Source: Antedon mediterranea
Lineage: Eukaryota; Animalia; Echinodermata
Assembly: GCF_964355755.1 (NCBI RefSeq)
Contig: NC_092671.1
Location: 5,208,001-5,272,000 of the forward strand
Direction of reading: 5' to 3'
Length of the DNA: 64,000 nucleotides
Shown here piece by piece: positions 13,652 to 25,810 of the stretch. Both the position numbers and the translations under genes were made by a program. Every line of letters starts with the position of its first letter. Within the stretch, counting starts at the first letter, position 1. The notes below the pieces were generated by a model. It was given only the letters and a program-made list of their open reading frames with translations. It ran no database searches and was not told the DNA's origin.

Positions 13652-14948
13652 ATAGAAAACATTAGCACACCTGAATGCAATTGATAATTAATAGGGAAAC
13701 AATAATAAACAAATTAATGAAAACTTTAAAAACAACTGGTCTTCAGCAACTATAAAACCATCATACCGAGAGAATTAATTATTTATTTGAAACTTATCAG
13801 AGCAGTAAATCTCTCAGATTGAACCAAGTAAAACGGCAATTTATAACCATAATATTCTTTCAGCACAAGACGGTCAATATAATTTGAGCGAAACATTAAG
13901 ATTTTTTTCCAGTTCTTTTTTATTCTGCTAATGTGCAACATTTGTTAAATACATTATGCGTTATTTAATAGTTTCTATATCGTAATTTTTCCGTAACAAA
14001 TCAAAGCATGTACTGTACGTAAAGTCAATTGAAGTTAAATTGCACTGGGAGTTTGCTAGCCTAGAGTGGTTTTAGTACAGCGACCGGACTTGCACTAAAT
14101 CGTTCTCTGCAAATGTGTTCTTCACATTATGTTAAAAATGTTCTGTAAACTAATATTTAATGCGTCTATTCATCATTCACGAACAAAGCATGAACAATGT
14201 ATCCCAAATGTTTTCCCCAAAGACAATAGCTTTATTATCCATAAGCTAAAGTGTAAACAATACCAAAGCTTTCTTGCAAAATACAAATGGGCTCAGATTT
14301 AAATAATGGACAGTTAATAAATCACTGAATTGAAATCACAAAAACATCAATTAAATCAGTTTAAATTCATCAGAAATTGAATACAATTTATATATTTGTT
14401 GATAGGAATCCTACTTAATTTTATTTAATCACAATTATTAATTCTTTTTAGTAATCATTATTTAAGATTTCTATGGATGGAAGCAAATAACTTTATTATT
14501 TTTTACATGGTCCATTCAAAGTCTGGTTTATAAATCTCGCGTTTCAAGTTTTTGGAGAAAAAATACATCTTAAAAAATAAATAAGCTTAAATAAAACAGA
14601 AACTTGTACGGATATGCAATGTACATTCAAACAAAATGTGAAATCTTTTAAATTAAACTTTCACCAACCTATTATATAGCATCTTTCATGATGATGTGAT
14701 TAAGTAGTGATGATATATGTATGTACGAGTAATAAAACGTTATTGTAAACAAAAATGGAAGTATTATTATCATTTTGGCAATAAAATTTACATCGAAACG
14801 GGAGGTCAATGAATCGGATACTAAATGCACTACATTTTGTCCAGTTTTGCAGTAATTCTCAAACATTTTTTTTAATCCATAAAAAAAGGAGTGAAATACG
14901 ATAGTTACAAATTCCTTTTTGGAATTTTGGAAACTGAAATTTCTGTAA

Positions 14949-16734
14949 GGGCCTGTTTCTGCTGCATAAAAATAACCGGTTAAAATCGGTGTGAATAAAT
15001 TAAAATTGGTGTGAATAAATTAACTCCATTTTCTTGGCAGCAGAAACAGGACAAATTTGTGGTAACCGGTTAAAAGGCAGCGCAAAATAACCGGTTAAAA
15101 ACACCAATTTAAATCGGTGTTAGAACGCCGTTTAACCGGTTATCGCTGAGCAATTCTTAGCTGCAACACGAAATAACGGTTATTTGATTGACAGTTGTGA
15201 CCCCGGGTCAGATACCGTCGCATACGGTGTGTGTTTTCCTCGTGGTTTTGACAGTCGAACGAAGAAGTGAACATGTATGTGGATGAATGAAATCACAAGA
15301 TATGTTATTCAGTTGTGGAGGGAGAGAAAGTACGGGGAAGAATGGCAGGCAATAGAAAAGAATCACAGATAATAAATAAGAGCATTTTTGCGAAAGTAAA
15401 AGAGGAATTTGGGGTGGAGTTCCGGGGACTACCCAAGCTAAGCAATTTGAGGCGTTAGTAGTACACGCTCGCGAAGGGTATGGATGGTCCTATATTAACA
15501 CCAAAACGGAAACAAAAGGGACTCAAAATGTTGCAAATACCTACCAAACGATAGTAGATAATGGTTAATTAATTATGAAAACCCAAATTTTATAGCAAAA
15601 ATCATCCGAATTTATGTTATAAACGATGAATTTAGCAACAAAAACTTAATCCAAACAAGCGTATTTATGGCACGCTATGTTGCAAATACCTACCAAACGA
15701 TAGTAGATAATGGTTAATTAATTATGAAAACCCAAATTTTATAGCAAAAATCATCCGAATTTATGTTATAAACGATGAATTTAGCAACAAAAACTTAATC
15801 CAAACGAGCGTATTTATGGCACGCCCTTAGTGCCTTTAATAGGAGAACAATGAACAATCTTAATTTGATCGTTTTATAAAATTTTTTTAGAAAAACATCA
15901 CATCGACCGAAAACAAAGGTTATGAGAGCCTTTGATAATATATTAAATATGATTTTATTAAGCATAGAAATGTGTTATTATTTATGTTAGTACATAATAT
16001 TATGCGAAACAATGTTTAATACTCATTATTCTATTAAAGGCACTATGTGCGTGCGATATTCTATGACTTGGATACTCTCGTTTGATTTAAGTTTTTGTGG
16101 CTAAACTCGTCGTTTTTAACACAAATTCGGACGATTTTTGCTATAAAAGTTAGGGTTTCATGAATCATAATTAATTAACAATTATCTACTCTCGTTTGGT
16201 AGGTATTGCAACATTCTAAGTCTCGTTTTTGTTTCCGTTTGGTTTATTGTAGGACCGCGCTCGCGAAAGACAACAGTCGTTCACGTGGTAAGGGCCGTAT
16301 CATCATCGCCTTTGTTGATGAATTTTAGGCTAGATAAAAATTATCCTAGGCGATCGGGCGCTGCACGACCCTCCCCATGTTATTGAAGGCGCCATGAGAA
16401 TTAATTTTATTAGCGATCAGTAAGTAGGCTTTACAAAAAACAAAACTTGTAGACCTGTAGACAACATTTTATTATTTTAACATGTTTGAGATGTTCGGCG
16501 ATATACACACGTGTGTACTGACGACGTCGATGTAAACAAACAGCCAACTTACTACTTCCGTCTGAGTGTATTGCATTTTGGGTAATGATGACGTTTTGCT
16601 CGACGACCACCCATAGATTTAACCGGTTATTTCGGAGCACAAATTGAGCAGAAACGCGGTCTTGTTATTGTTATCTATTTTTAATCTATTTTAAAATAAC
16701 CGGTTAAATTGCGTTATGCAGCAGAAACAGACCC
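14949..16734 (+). mobile_element. Non-autonomous PIF/Harbinger-type element related to 12777-13651
   Basis: TIR ggg(c/t)ctgtttctgctgcataa, TSD TAA at 14946-14948 and 16735-16737, subterminal taaccggtta repeats, remnant WMNEITRYVIQLWRERKYGEEW at ~15280. Confidence 0.85.
15486..16256. mobile_element. Nested foldback element with long diverged inverted arms and an internal ~150-bp tandem duplication
   Basis: ggtcctat...ttgcaaatacctaccaaacga...gtgcctttaatag (15486-15842) is inverted at ctattaaaggcac...tcgtttggtaggtattgcaa...taggacc (16031-16256). 15528-15677 is repeated at 15678-15824. Confidence 0.75.
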
Positions 16735-17880
16735 TAAAAGGCAATTTTGTATACAACTTTTTTTTAATTATTTAAGTATTTATTCAAATTAAAAGATAGC
16801 ATAAATGCAGTGTTCCAAGTTCTAAAGGAAAATTAAAAAGCAAAACATTTTAATAAAGACAACCAATAAAAAAATGTTATTGTATATCAAATTTTACATA
16901 AACAAAAACAGCGTCATAAAGGTATAAATACCATTAACATCAGTTTGGGATTGAAATTTAAGATTAACTTGTAAACACATCACTGTAAACAACCAGCTAC
17001 TAGAGTAGTACTACTATACTGTACTTGTGAATATAGGTATGAAAACTAAGGAAAAGTTCATTGTATGCGGTGACGAACAACATAAACATCAATTACTAAT
17101 AGATTGAAAGAATGTATTACTGTGTATAAGGGTCAATATATGTATAAAATGAGAAATTTATAGAATATGTATGGTATGGAATAGAGGAATGCATACAGAA
17201 GTCATCTAAAACCAGGTCACAGTGCATATAATAGGATACAAGCTACTGTACTATTATTATTAATACAAACTATTGAAATACCGGAATGTATAGGAAATAT
17301 GTGTGATATGATGGAATGTACAGACATCAATTCACGGAATTATACAGTAGATACTGTACTATTGCAACTATTTAATGTATTACATTTAGGAATAGGATAT
17401 GAAATGCACATAGAATATAGGAACATTTAAGGTATGGGATAGGCTTGAATGAAATATGCTTAGAGCAAAATTTATTCATTGGTATATAAAGTTTAGGAAT
17501 TAACTACCAACAAATTGAATAAGCTTGCATGGAATAAGGAAATGTTCATTATCAAAGGTATCGAATTTAAGCATCTACTAGACTACCAGAGAATGAAATA
17601 AATTTGTATGGAATAAAGGAGTGTATCGATTTTATGAACTAACATATGAAGATTATGGAATCATATGGCTTCATTTCTGGAATATGGTACTTGGACTATA
17701 ACACAATAAGAAAGAAATTTCTTTGTTGTGATAATAAAAGAACAACAAAATGCATTGTTGTTATATAGTTAATTTACGGTCATGAATAAAATGGAAAATA
17801 TGGAATTGTATGGATACAATGTATTTCCTGTACAAACTTTATGCATGAAAAGATGTTTTGTTTATAATATAATACTCTAA

Positions 17881-19653
17881 GGCCATGTAAAAAAAAACAA
17901 CAGTTGATCGTCCTGGTTTTCTAAAAAAAGGAAGGAAGAGGCTCTTTTTATTTTTTATTTTTCCAAGATGGCGACTCACTACCGTATTTTCTTGAATAAA
18001 CATGCCGCTATGAATAAAAATCACTCCCACCCCTCCTGACAATTCAAATAAATATGGTAAGTACTGTAAGATGTCTAAACAAACATAAGTATACAGAACA
18101 GCAAATATTAAAATACACCTTTTTTTATTTTATCAGGGGGTCACAATAAAAGTCCTTTTTGTACACTTTGACTTTATATCAAACTTCTGGATATTATTAG
18201 CCTACTGTGGCACAAATGCTCTAGTGGTTTTCCTTTTGGGTGTTTTGCCTGATTCCTTGCATTCACTACAAAGTGGATAATTCATGTTCTCAATTGATAA
18301 ATTGTGCTCAGTTGCACAATAAAAGCACAGGGGGTCTGTGAATGTTATGTAATAAGCTGCTTCGATAGGCAGGGCACATGTCATTTTGTCATTGACAAAA
18401 ACAATAGAATCGTCCTCTCCCAGGATGTCTTGAAAACAAGTTCCACATGAATACGTTTACGACAGTGTGTCCAGTTCTCGTTCCAAGAGCTGCCCTTGGT
18501 CACGCTTCAGAACATGAGCTGCATAACATACTCGCCACTTGAGGCATTCTTCACACTAGAATAAAGAATGAAAAAGAGTAGGGGTAAATATATGGTAAAT
18601 TCAGTTGTGTTGAAAGAATTCTGAACATGACAATAATATGATAATATGACATCCAAAGAGGGAGGGAATATCAATGCATACACACATATTTTAAACAGGA
18701 CGTGGGTCATGTACCCGAACACGTCCGTAAACATCTAGCCTATATATATGGGACAGTTTCAACCCAGCCGGGTCGATTCGCCCCTCTATATGGATAGGCA
18801 AACTCTACACTCTCTCGCGACAATATGCTAGCCTACAGTTTTGTTACTTCTATATGAACATTTTTACCGAACAATTACTCACCTCCGTAGTTTGGTATTG
18901 GTCTCCTATCGGTCCACCTTGATCGAATTCGCCGCCTGCAAAATCAGAGAAAATGTCTGCGAGAGTACGTCGGCCGTCCACTACACCGTTCTCGCATACC
19001 AAGGGCCGGCTTCGCGATTTTTGTTGCAGTCCGAATTGAAACACAAATAAAAACCATGTTGTTTATCTACTATCTAGTCTAGCAGTATCCTACTATCCTA
19101 GATCAAATTATTATGTAACAGTTGATAAAAGGACTAAAAAGTAGGCCTACCAAGGAACCAATAATTATAAATATTAATAGTGTATACTGTAACTCAAATG
19201 TATAGAATATAGCGATAGAAACAAGGAAGGTAGAACCAAAAACATGTGTTCTCCAAATCCAGTCGTTTTTTGCTTCACGGCAACATTTTTAAGGAGTAGC
19301 GAGCATATAGCGGCTGTGAAAATTCTAATTAGATCCAGACGTTTATGTAAAATATTATACCCATGATGAGTGTAATTCAAAATATTCATACATTCAACGG
19401 CAGTGATACCTCTATCATCGCTGACCTATAATCAAAGAATATGACCTCAAATTTATCGCAGTCGACGATGTGTATCGATGGCTCCCGACGGCTGTGGATC
19501 ACGAAAAAAGAAAGAGCTAGGCCTAGCTTTCGACAAAGGTACAACATAAATCAATGTTTTATATACAAAATATCGAAATAAAATAAAAATTGATGCGGCC
19601 TGAAAAAAGCATGCGGGCGGGGACGATCAACTGTTGTTTTTTTTTATATGGCC
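17881..19653 (-). mobile_element. Zator-type DNA transposon, internally deleted
   Basis: ~33-bp TIR ggccat(g/a)taaaaaaaaacaacagttgatcgtcc, GG termini, TSD TAA at 17878-17880 and 19654-19656, Cys-rich C-terminal transposase remnant inside. Confidence 0.8.
18202..18535 (-). pseudogene. Zator-like transposase C-terminal fragment
   Basis: RVCYAAHVLKRDQGQLLERELDTLS*TYSCGTCFQD...VFVNDKMTCALPIEAAYY...LCFYC...YPLCSECKESG, with an internal stop. The Cys pattern resembles Zator transposase C-termini as I recall them. Confidence 0.65.
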
Positions 19654-19781
19654 TAAGGCTAAGTATCATTTACTGAGAACTTTGGTTAACTAATATTTAC
19701 CGTAGATGGGATAGTAGAATCTATAGAATTAGGAATGTAAGATTGGAAGACATACTATATAATGTAGGAATAAGAAATGTA

Positions 19782-21200
19782 CAGTACAGAAAGAAAATAC
19801 TGCAACTTTACCTACGAAGTAGCTTCGTAGATAGAACGTAGGCTACGTTGTTGGCTTCGTAGGTTCCATTGTTTGGCTTCGTAACCTCAATAAACAACTT
19901 TCAATGAGCTACGTTCTGAACTTCGTAGGGAGTTCGTAACCTAAATAAACAACCCTACGATGTTCTTATTGAAGTAAGGTATGAAATTAATGTGTTAAAT
20001 TTAATTGGCGGAGGACAATGTTGTAAATTAATAAAAAATAAATAATATTTTTTAATCGTAATATTTTCCTTCGTGCGTGTTTACCTACTCAACAGCGAAT
20101 ATAAATATAAATTTCCCACGATGTATAACGTAGAGAGAGACACGATCCAACACAGGTGAACCGCAATGAACAGGCCAACTAATAAACATAATATAGCGAA
20201 CGTCCCATCCAGAAACGATGCCGAGAAAAAAAGATCGTAAACAATTCATTCTAAATATAGCATCAGGACGTTCAACAATCGGTCGCTCAAAAAGACTGCC
20301 GACAGAAGACCGTAATTAATACAGACCTAGTTTTTTTTTGGTCACATGGCATGAAACGCGATACTCTCTGCTTACCGCAATCTCTCGCATGTTTTTTTTA
20401 CTCAGTACGAGCTCGACGAGAGGGTGGCTACCGTCTGACGACGATAAAATAGTAATTAAGATCGTGGTACCTGGATTTTGTGTCACATGACATGAAACGT
20501 AATACTCTCTCTCTAAACTGCTCAGCTTTTTTCCCCTCCAAATTCTGGTCGGGCCTTTTTCTTTATACATGTCGTAATCATTTTAAAAGGCCTATTTATG
20601 TATGTTAAATCTTAATATGGAATATATATTTATTTTGCATATATTTTGTTGGGTGTCCTAGTCTAGGCCTAGGTGTCGTTGTTTTTATAATTCGCTAACC
20701 CAACAAGGTAGGAATAAATAATTTATAGTGTAGGCCGCCGAAACAGGCTAGGCCTAGCCTCGACTCTCTCTACGCGAGCTGAGGTCCACCGGCCCGATGT
20801 CGTTTCGTCGGCGGATTTCCGTCCAAATTATGATAACCGATGCGTAGGGCGGCTACAAAAATTGACCTACTATCTTTAGGTAGGATTTTAATTAGCAAAC
20901 AATACATTGTTTGTTTGCATTGTCCATGCTTCTACGAACCACCCTACGATCGAGGCGTAGCCTAGATTTCATAACAATACATCGTAGGCTACGAACAATA
21001 CATCGTAGGTAGGAGAGAACAATACATCGTAGGCTACGAACAATACATCGTAGGAGAGAACAATACATCGTAGGCTACAAACAATACATCGTAGGCTACA
21101 AACAATACATCGTAGGAGAGAACAATGACCTACGTTCTACCTACGATCTACCTACGAAAGCCTACGCGTAGATACGAAGCAGTAATTTCTTTCTGTACTG
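19782..21200. mobile_element. Non-autonomous Tc1/mariner-type element
   Basis: TIR cagtacagaaagaaa(a/t)tactgc, TA TSD at 19780-19781 and 21201-21202, subterminal ctacga/tcgtag motifs and tandem acaatacatcgtagg units (~20973-21125). Confidence 0.8.
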
Positions 21201-21454
21201 TATCTAACGGGAATATGAAGGAATGATAGATATGCCAAGAAGAAAACAATGTAGGATGTAATATAAAATGAAGGAAATTATGGAATGAGGATATAATAGG
21301 AATTAATGAAATTAGGATTGTAGGAAGTACAGATACAAAATGTGTGAAATTAGAATAAGGAATAGCAAAGATAAAGGAATGTCAAATATGAGGAAATATA
21401 TGAATTCATGGAATGGAAGAAATAGTACCAAATGTATGGTCAATGGGAATACAA

Positions 21455-21811
21455 AGGAATGAGGATGTGAGATGGAGGAATGAGGATGTGAGATGAAGGA
21501 ATGAGGATGCGAGATGGAGGAATGAGGATGTGAGATAGAGGAATGAGGATGCGAGATGGAGGAATGAGGATGTGAGATGGAGGAATGAGGATGTGAGATG
21601 GAGGAATGAGGATGTGAGATGGAGGAATGAGGATGTGAGATGGAGGAATGAGGATGTGAGATGGAGGAATGAGGATGTGAGATGGAGGAATGAGGATGTG
21701 AGATAGAGGAATGAGGATGCGAGATGGAGGAATGAGGATGTGAGATAGAGGAATGAGGATGCGAGATGGAGGAATGAGGATGTGAGATGGAGGAATGAGG
21801 ATGTAAGATGG
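21455..21811. repeat. 21-bp minisatellite (AGGAATGAGGATGTGAGATGG) x17
   Basis: GGAATG recurs every 21 bp from 21456 to 21792. Confidence 0.97.
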
Positions 21812-24800
21812 AAGAAATAAAGGAATGTTAAGAATGAGAAATGAATAGTTAAATAGGAAAAATAATACAAAAATGATAGGAATGTGGAAATGCTGAAATC
21901 CATGGAATGAGACACGAACTGTGTATAGGAAATAAACAAAGGTACCTGGATTTATTCCACCGGAGTATGAATGGAAAAAAAAGAAAAAAAGATACGAAAC
22001 TAAATAAATGGAATAAAATATTAAAGAATTCAAAGAATGTTCACCAATAAATAGAATGATAAATGTTCTTAATAAATTATATGGATTAAATGAAAACAAA
22101 CGACATTAAACACGTACATTTTAATGGCTATCCTAAATCAAGCATTGAATCCGAGGATTGATTTTTTAAGCTAAAGAGCGTACTGCAATATAAAATGTTA
22201 TGCCATTTTCGCCAAGATTCCATTTCATTTTTAAGTCGCACACTGTCTGAACCATAAATTAATATTTTCATAGTACAATAATTTCAAAGTTTTCATAAAT
22301 CTATTTCTATAATAACATATAATCCAAGTAATATATTTCTGTAATAGTTTGCACAATGTGTTGAAAGGTTTATCCAGTCTGTAAATCACAGATGGATGGA
22401 ATAGGACAACAATATTACTGTACTGTAGCTAAAATGATGCATTATTAGTGTTGGTTTTAGGCTTAAGCAGCTGACCAAAACGGTGCCGAAATGCGTTGGA
22501 CATGTGCGTGCAGAACACAAAATATATTCATTTATTTAGTAATGAAAGGTAGACTTCGTTTATTCCAATACATTTACCAACAAGAATACTTTACTATTTT
22601 TGTTAATGGAAAAAAAATTAATATTTTCTTGGTTATTTTCTCATACAATGATTTTATAAGAACAAGTTATCGCGTTTAATAATACATTACAGAATATACT
22701 CAATGACAATGGTGTGTAGCCGAGTAGGGGACGGACTTCAAACTGCTGTATTTGATTGGTCGATGTATATGCAACCATATTGTGTGGTCTCTGCCCATGA
22801 TGACTTGCTTTTCGCGCTCGATACAGTTACAGATACAGTTGACTCTAATAATAACCATTTTTTCTTCTTTTTTTTTTAACTTTACGATACTACAGTATGG
22901 TAGTACTGTACATGACATGGTACCCTTTCTTGAATACAAACTATTGATTGATTTTTTGAAGAATGTTTTTCTTTTGTCCTTGATATAGTAAAATCAGGAC
23001 CATAAAATCTGAAATTTGTGACAGATGTTTAAAGAAAGCTCTATCAGGATGTTCAAGGCAAAGCAAAAGAAGTGGGCAGGAATTTGGAAGTGCGACTGGC
23101 CTTCAAATGTACAAAATGATCTCAAAATCTGTTGTATCACTGAACAAGGATTGATTTAGTAGAAAGCTGACTATTGATGTTCTGTTATTAATTATATAAT
23201 AAATCAATTTCACCTGGCATTTTGAGGAAGATAACAGAGTTATCTACTCACAACCAGTTCATATATAAAAACAGATAACCTTACGGACAGTTCAATGAAA
23301 TTTTTAATAGAAATCTATTTATGTGCTAGATTCCTACTTCTATTGTTATCATTATGTACAAATGCAAGTGTGTTGTATTATCAAACAAAGCAATGTTTAT
23401 AGTGCTGTGAAACCATGCAGGCCCTTCCAAAGTTTTTTTTTGTATTTTTGCCAATTCACGATATAATTTTATTCAAATTTAGTCTCTGATTTTCTTATGG
23501 AACATTCCACAGTATTACTATTATATTCTACTGTAATTGGTCGGAGTTGAAAAATCTAATTTACTGATTTGGTCGTGAGGTGGTTTCCCGAATGATCATA
23601 AAATCAAAACGGTACTGGGTATGACCAACTAGCGTTCTTGTCACCAACTAGTCATCCATTCATAGAAACCATCCCCACACACATACAGTAACCAACAAGC
23701 TTAGATTATTTTTGCAAGCAACCAAAAGTTGACATTTTAACCTGCAACCAGCAAGATGAACATGGCCTAAAATAAAGGCATTTTTGCACAAATGTCTAAT
23801 GGTTAGGCTGGTATCTGGAATTCCTGCATGACCTACATTTTTGTGTAATATTTTCAATTTTTCCTTTGAAATTATCACTTATTATTAAAGGCTAATAACG
23901 GTTAGCTTCAAAATAGATCTTCTAAAAACAACGTGATCCAATCATGTGCTAAAATAATTATAAACTTCGATGAGATTGTTAAAATATTTATCAATACTAA
24001 TCTTCGGTCTTTTTTCATTAACAGGCAAATGTAACTGTGCTTGACAATTATCTACTACCTGACTCCAGTAAAGTGCTTTGGGATGAATCTCAAATAATTA
24101 CAATACTGTAACACACATGTTAAAATCATTATAGGTCTAATGGGATGGTTAAAATATTTATAAAAATACTGCTGTGTGATGATATTATAATGTTTGTACA
24201 TTAAAAACAAGTTGGTTAAGGAAGGCTAGACTGAAATTGTATTCACGTAAATGTGATATATTTTCCTTGCTTTTCTATATTTATGAATAAAATTCTACCT
24301 CATTCTATCTTGAATGACAGTAACAATTTTAATATAAACTTTATACATTAAATATGGATTAATGTATAGGATGTTTCCTAAAACAGTAGACCTAAAAAGG
24401 AGACACCTTTATGACCCATGGTGTCCTCTTAATATATGGTTCTTGATCTTAGTGTTAAAACATATATTGAAGTCCAAAAAAGTTCACTAAACACCACAAA
24501 CATCCAGACATATAAATTACCTATAATTATATTATACAATAATTTTTTTTTAGTCATATTAACTGCACAAAACTATGTATCGATATGGCAGATCATTTTT
24601 GCACCTATATTTCTTGATTTATACAAAATTTTGTTCACAGATAAATATTTAGAATGAACTAAAATTATTTTTTTTTATTTAAAATTAAAAAGTATGCAGA
24701 TTATTAATCATTTGTTTTTGGCCAAAATCCTCTGAATGTATTATATATATTAAAATACTAGTAAGCAAGCCTAGGCCCAGAAGCTAGGCCTAAGCATCTA

Positions 24801-25428
24801 CTTACTAACACACTGTTGCTAAGCATCCTACTCTATCTACTCGCTGTGTTCTCAACACAAAATTCCAATCAGACGTAGACTCAATTGATGACAATCAACA
24901 TAAGAAAGGCTTAGAGGTAGACGACCTAATAAGGCAGAAGTGATATTTGAGAGGCTTGGGCCTGTTTGAGGTCCACCATTAATAAACCTAGGCCTATCGA
25001 ATCGCAGTTCGTTAAAAACACCAAGATAAACGAATCCAGCCAAGCATCGTATACGCAATTGAGCGCCAATCAAAATACACAGCCTGCGATCGTGACAATA
25101 CAAGGGTTTCGTAAGCCTACATATTCATGTCCAAAAAACTCGCCTCCCGCCCAAACCATCCGGTATCAATAATCTAAAGAAAGAACAAAATCAAATATTT
25201 TTCCCAAACGGAATGGCTTCGATGGTATTTCTGAGAACCTGTTATCACTGGTAGAACTATTTAAAAAATGAATTTGTAGCTGCCTCCAAAAATAATTCTA
25301 ATCAACTCCGGAAGTGGGGAGTTGAAAAATGACAAGTATGTCAGAGATGCGAGATTCCATGAGAAGTTTCGACTACAAAAAACTGTTTAAAAATGTTTGC
25401 AAAATATAACCTAAAATATCATACTTAC

Positions 25429-25810
25429 CAAATAATAGTATGAAAAACCAAGGCACTAAATGGTAATCAAAAAATCAAAAATCTACTTCAGAAATCAGCT
25501 TTTTAACAAAGATTTTTGGCGTTCCAAACGTCTTTCGTAAACTATGTGAGGAATTAAACGTGGAATGCAAACTGTGAAAAGCTCGCAAGCACCACCAAGG
25601 CTCCACAGGGGGTGGGACCAGACTACGTGACAAGGTAACGAGAATTACAATCTGATCAGAATCAAACCGGTCATTCGCCAGCACCATTGATTGGTGCAAA
25701 TATAAGAAATTATTAATTTGAAGAAAATACATTTTTTTTTGTGAACGAAATATGTGAGAGTAATTACATAAATATATGGCCTAGCTAATCTAGCGCCAAC
25801 TGACGTAATG
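25429..25810 (-). promoter_or_regulatory. Candidate TEAD promoter and non-coding 5' exon
   Basis: Strong minus-strand donor TG|GTAAGT at 25429, CCAAT box (gattgg ~25690), TGACGT at 25801, CpG-containing context. The TEAD coding exon has an acceptor, so an upstream exon is expected. Confidence 0.35.

Noticed and set aside
21406-22099. ORFs of 177 and 219 aa
   Set aside because: Artefacts of the 21-bp repeat.
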